NCBI GenBank assembly: GCA_016748015.1
Contig: JAAOMT010000563.1
Location: forward strand, 124,001 to 188,000
DNA length: 64,000 nucleotides
Direction: 5' to 3'
DNA from: Geosiphon pyriformis uo1
Lineage: Eukaryota > Fungi > Glomeromycota
A model generated the notes under the pieces. It was given only the letters and a program-made list of their open reading frames with translations. It was not told the origin of the DNA and did not search any database. A program made the translations under genes and the position numbers. Of this stretch, positions 62,179 through 64,000 are shown piece after piece (position 1 is the stretch's first letter; the number at the start of each line of letters is the position of its first letter).

Positions 62179-64000
62179 TTAAGTGTTCAAGTTGGGAGGT
62201 TGTTCAATAAAAACTATTGGTTCTAAATTTTGGGGAATATCTTTGGGATTGATTAAGAGAGAATGTGTATCAATTTGTGAAATTAATAATTCAGAATTGT
62301 TTATAGAATTATAGTGTTTCAAATGATTTTCATGTACAACTTTTGCTAGGATTTTGTTATCAAGTCTTAGCTTATATAATCCGTTGCCTAAAACTTCATG
62401 AATAAAGAATGGTCCATCCCATTTATTTTCAAATTTCCCACTTCATTGTTTTTCAGCTTTAGTTCTGTGTAAGAAAACTTTGTTTCCAATTTTAAATCCA
62501 TTGGTAACTGGAGGCAATTTGTTGTCATGCCGTTCTTTTTGTTGAGCTTGGGAGTGTTCAATATGAGTGGCTGCTATTCATTGTTTTCCTTCCAACGTGC
62601 TAAGCAGAGTGTAGGCTCTTCATTGAAGTGTTTCCTGGAAATTGTTTTTATCAATTGGTTGTGCTGGGTATGTTTTTACTGTGAAACTAATTGGTAATGT
62701 TGCTGTTCTTCTATAAGTTAAATCAAATAGTGTGTGTTTTGTGGTATTTTGTTTTAGTGTTCTGTATGCTAGTAACACTGATGGAATAAAGAGATCCCAT
62801 TTTTGCTCAAAATTGGTTGAGACTTTGCCTAATGATTTACACAATGTTCTGTTGAAACGTTCTACAAGTCCATTTGTTTGTGGATGGTAGGGCAAAGATA
62901 ATGATCTCTTGACATTAAATCATCCACAAATTTCCTGGATTAAATTGTTTACGAAATGTGTTCCTTGATCAAATAAAAGTTTTATTGGGCATCCATGTCT
63001 ACAAATAATGTCTTCATAGATGAAGTTTGTTACTGATTTCGCATCTGCTCATTGAATGGCTCTGGTTTTAGGCCATTTGGTGAGATAGTCTACAGCTACT
63101 GCAATATAACGGTTTCTTTGGTTTGTAATAGGGAGTGGTCTGACTAAATCAATACCAATTCAGTTAAAAGGCTATTTAACTTTGATTGGGTTTAAAGGTT
63201 CTGTAGGGTGAGTTTCTCCTCTTTTTTGACAACTATCACAAGATTTAACGTATTCATAAATGTCTTTTCTTATTCAAGGCCAAAAGTAATATCCTAATGT
63301 TCTCTGAGTGGTGCTGTCTTTTTCTAGATGTGCTGATGAAAAGTCTGAGTGTATGTTATATAAAATGGTTTTTTTTTCATGTTTTTGTATTAATCTGAGT
63401 GAATTGTCTGGATTTCTGAAGTTTTGATAATAAATAATGTTGTTGTGTAAAAAGTATTGTTTGGCTTGTTGTTGTAACTGATGTTTTTCATCTGGAAACC
63501 AATCTGTTGGGATTGTTAATGTCTCCAGATATTGTTTAAGATTGTTGTAGTTTTCAGAGTTCATTGTTTGTTGTTTTGTTGTTAATTCAAATGGGTGTTG
63601 GTTTTTGTATTCTAATCTTGTCTCATTCTTGAGAGACAATCAACGTTGGTGTAGAGTTTTCTTGGTTTATAGTATACAATGTATCAGTAGTTGGCTAAAA
63701 ATTCTGTCCATCAGGTTTGTTTTGCATTTAGCTGAGTGTTTTTGTTTTAAAGCCATTTGAGTCCAATATTATCAATGATAATATCAAATTTTTTAGGTCT
63801 GAAATAAAAGTTGAAGTGGTGTAGGGCCCAAATTATGGCTGCTGTTTCTAGTTCTGTGGCAGGGTAGTTTTTCTTGGCTGGTTTTAATGTTCTGCTAGCA
63901 TAAATGATTACTTGCTCATTTTCGTTGTCATTTAATTGTGATAAGATGGCACTAAAGGCAGTGTAAAAAGCATCTGTAGCTAGTCGAAATTGGTTACTGA
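62179..64000 (-). pseudogene. Gypsy pol (RNase H and integrase) with stops and frameshifts
   Basis: Motifs as above. Ends KFENKWDGPFFIHEVLGNGLYKL..VVHENHLKHY..LEPIVFIEQPPNLNT*. Confidence 0.92.

Larger units (their letters stand above)
60398..64000 (-). mobile_element. Ty3/Gypsy LTR retrotransposon, 3' half (RNase H, integrase, extra ORF, PPT, 3' LTR), degenerate
   Basis: RNase H TDA..AILSQ..YASRTLKPA.KNY..TELE. Integrase H..H..CDSC, IGIDL, DYLTKWP, DQGTHF and YHPQTNGLVERFN. The RH-IN order is Gypsy-type. Confidence 0.95.

Overview
This is eukaryotic fungal DNA. It has short GT-AG introns, AT-rich intergenic space and early-diverging-fungus-like proteins; a Glomeromycotina/Geosiphon-like source is my inference. 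A CpG-retaining gene block at about 28.4-53 kb holds DIC1, DCP1, a Pga1-like gene, mitochondrial uS14, a YIPF1-like gene, TatD, a gene with a tyrosine-recombinase-like N-terminal domain, PEX10 and IQGAP; HEM12 lies at 3.4-4.8 kb. The flanks are nests of CpG-depleted transposons: RNase H-bearing LINEs, ORF1-only non-autonomous derivatives that share the LINE 3' tail, Ty3/Gypsy LTRs with a pol region and an extra ORF, a hAT-like end, and a Fanzor2/IS607-TnpB-like relic that the ORF track misses. Several apparent AT deserts are still alignable 'ghost' LINEs eroded by C>T and G>A changes. The most notable unexplained features are (1) a ~1.7 kb non-coding, densely base-paired + strand region starting 10 nt after the PEX10 stop, with a thrice-repeated 21-nt motif and mutually exclusive helices, and (2) the ORF1-only retroelement family with a conserved, apparently pseudoknotted 3' RNA tail. 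All structure and homology calls were made by eye and need computational confirmation.
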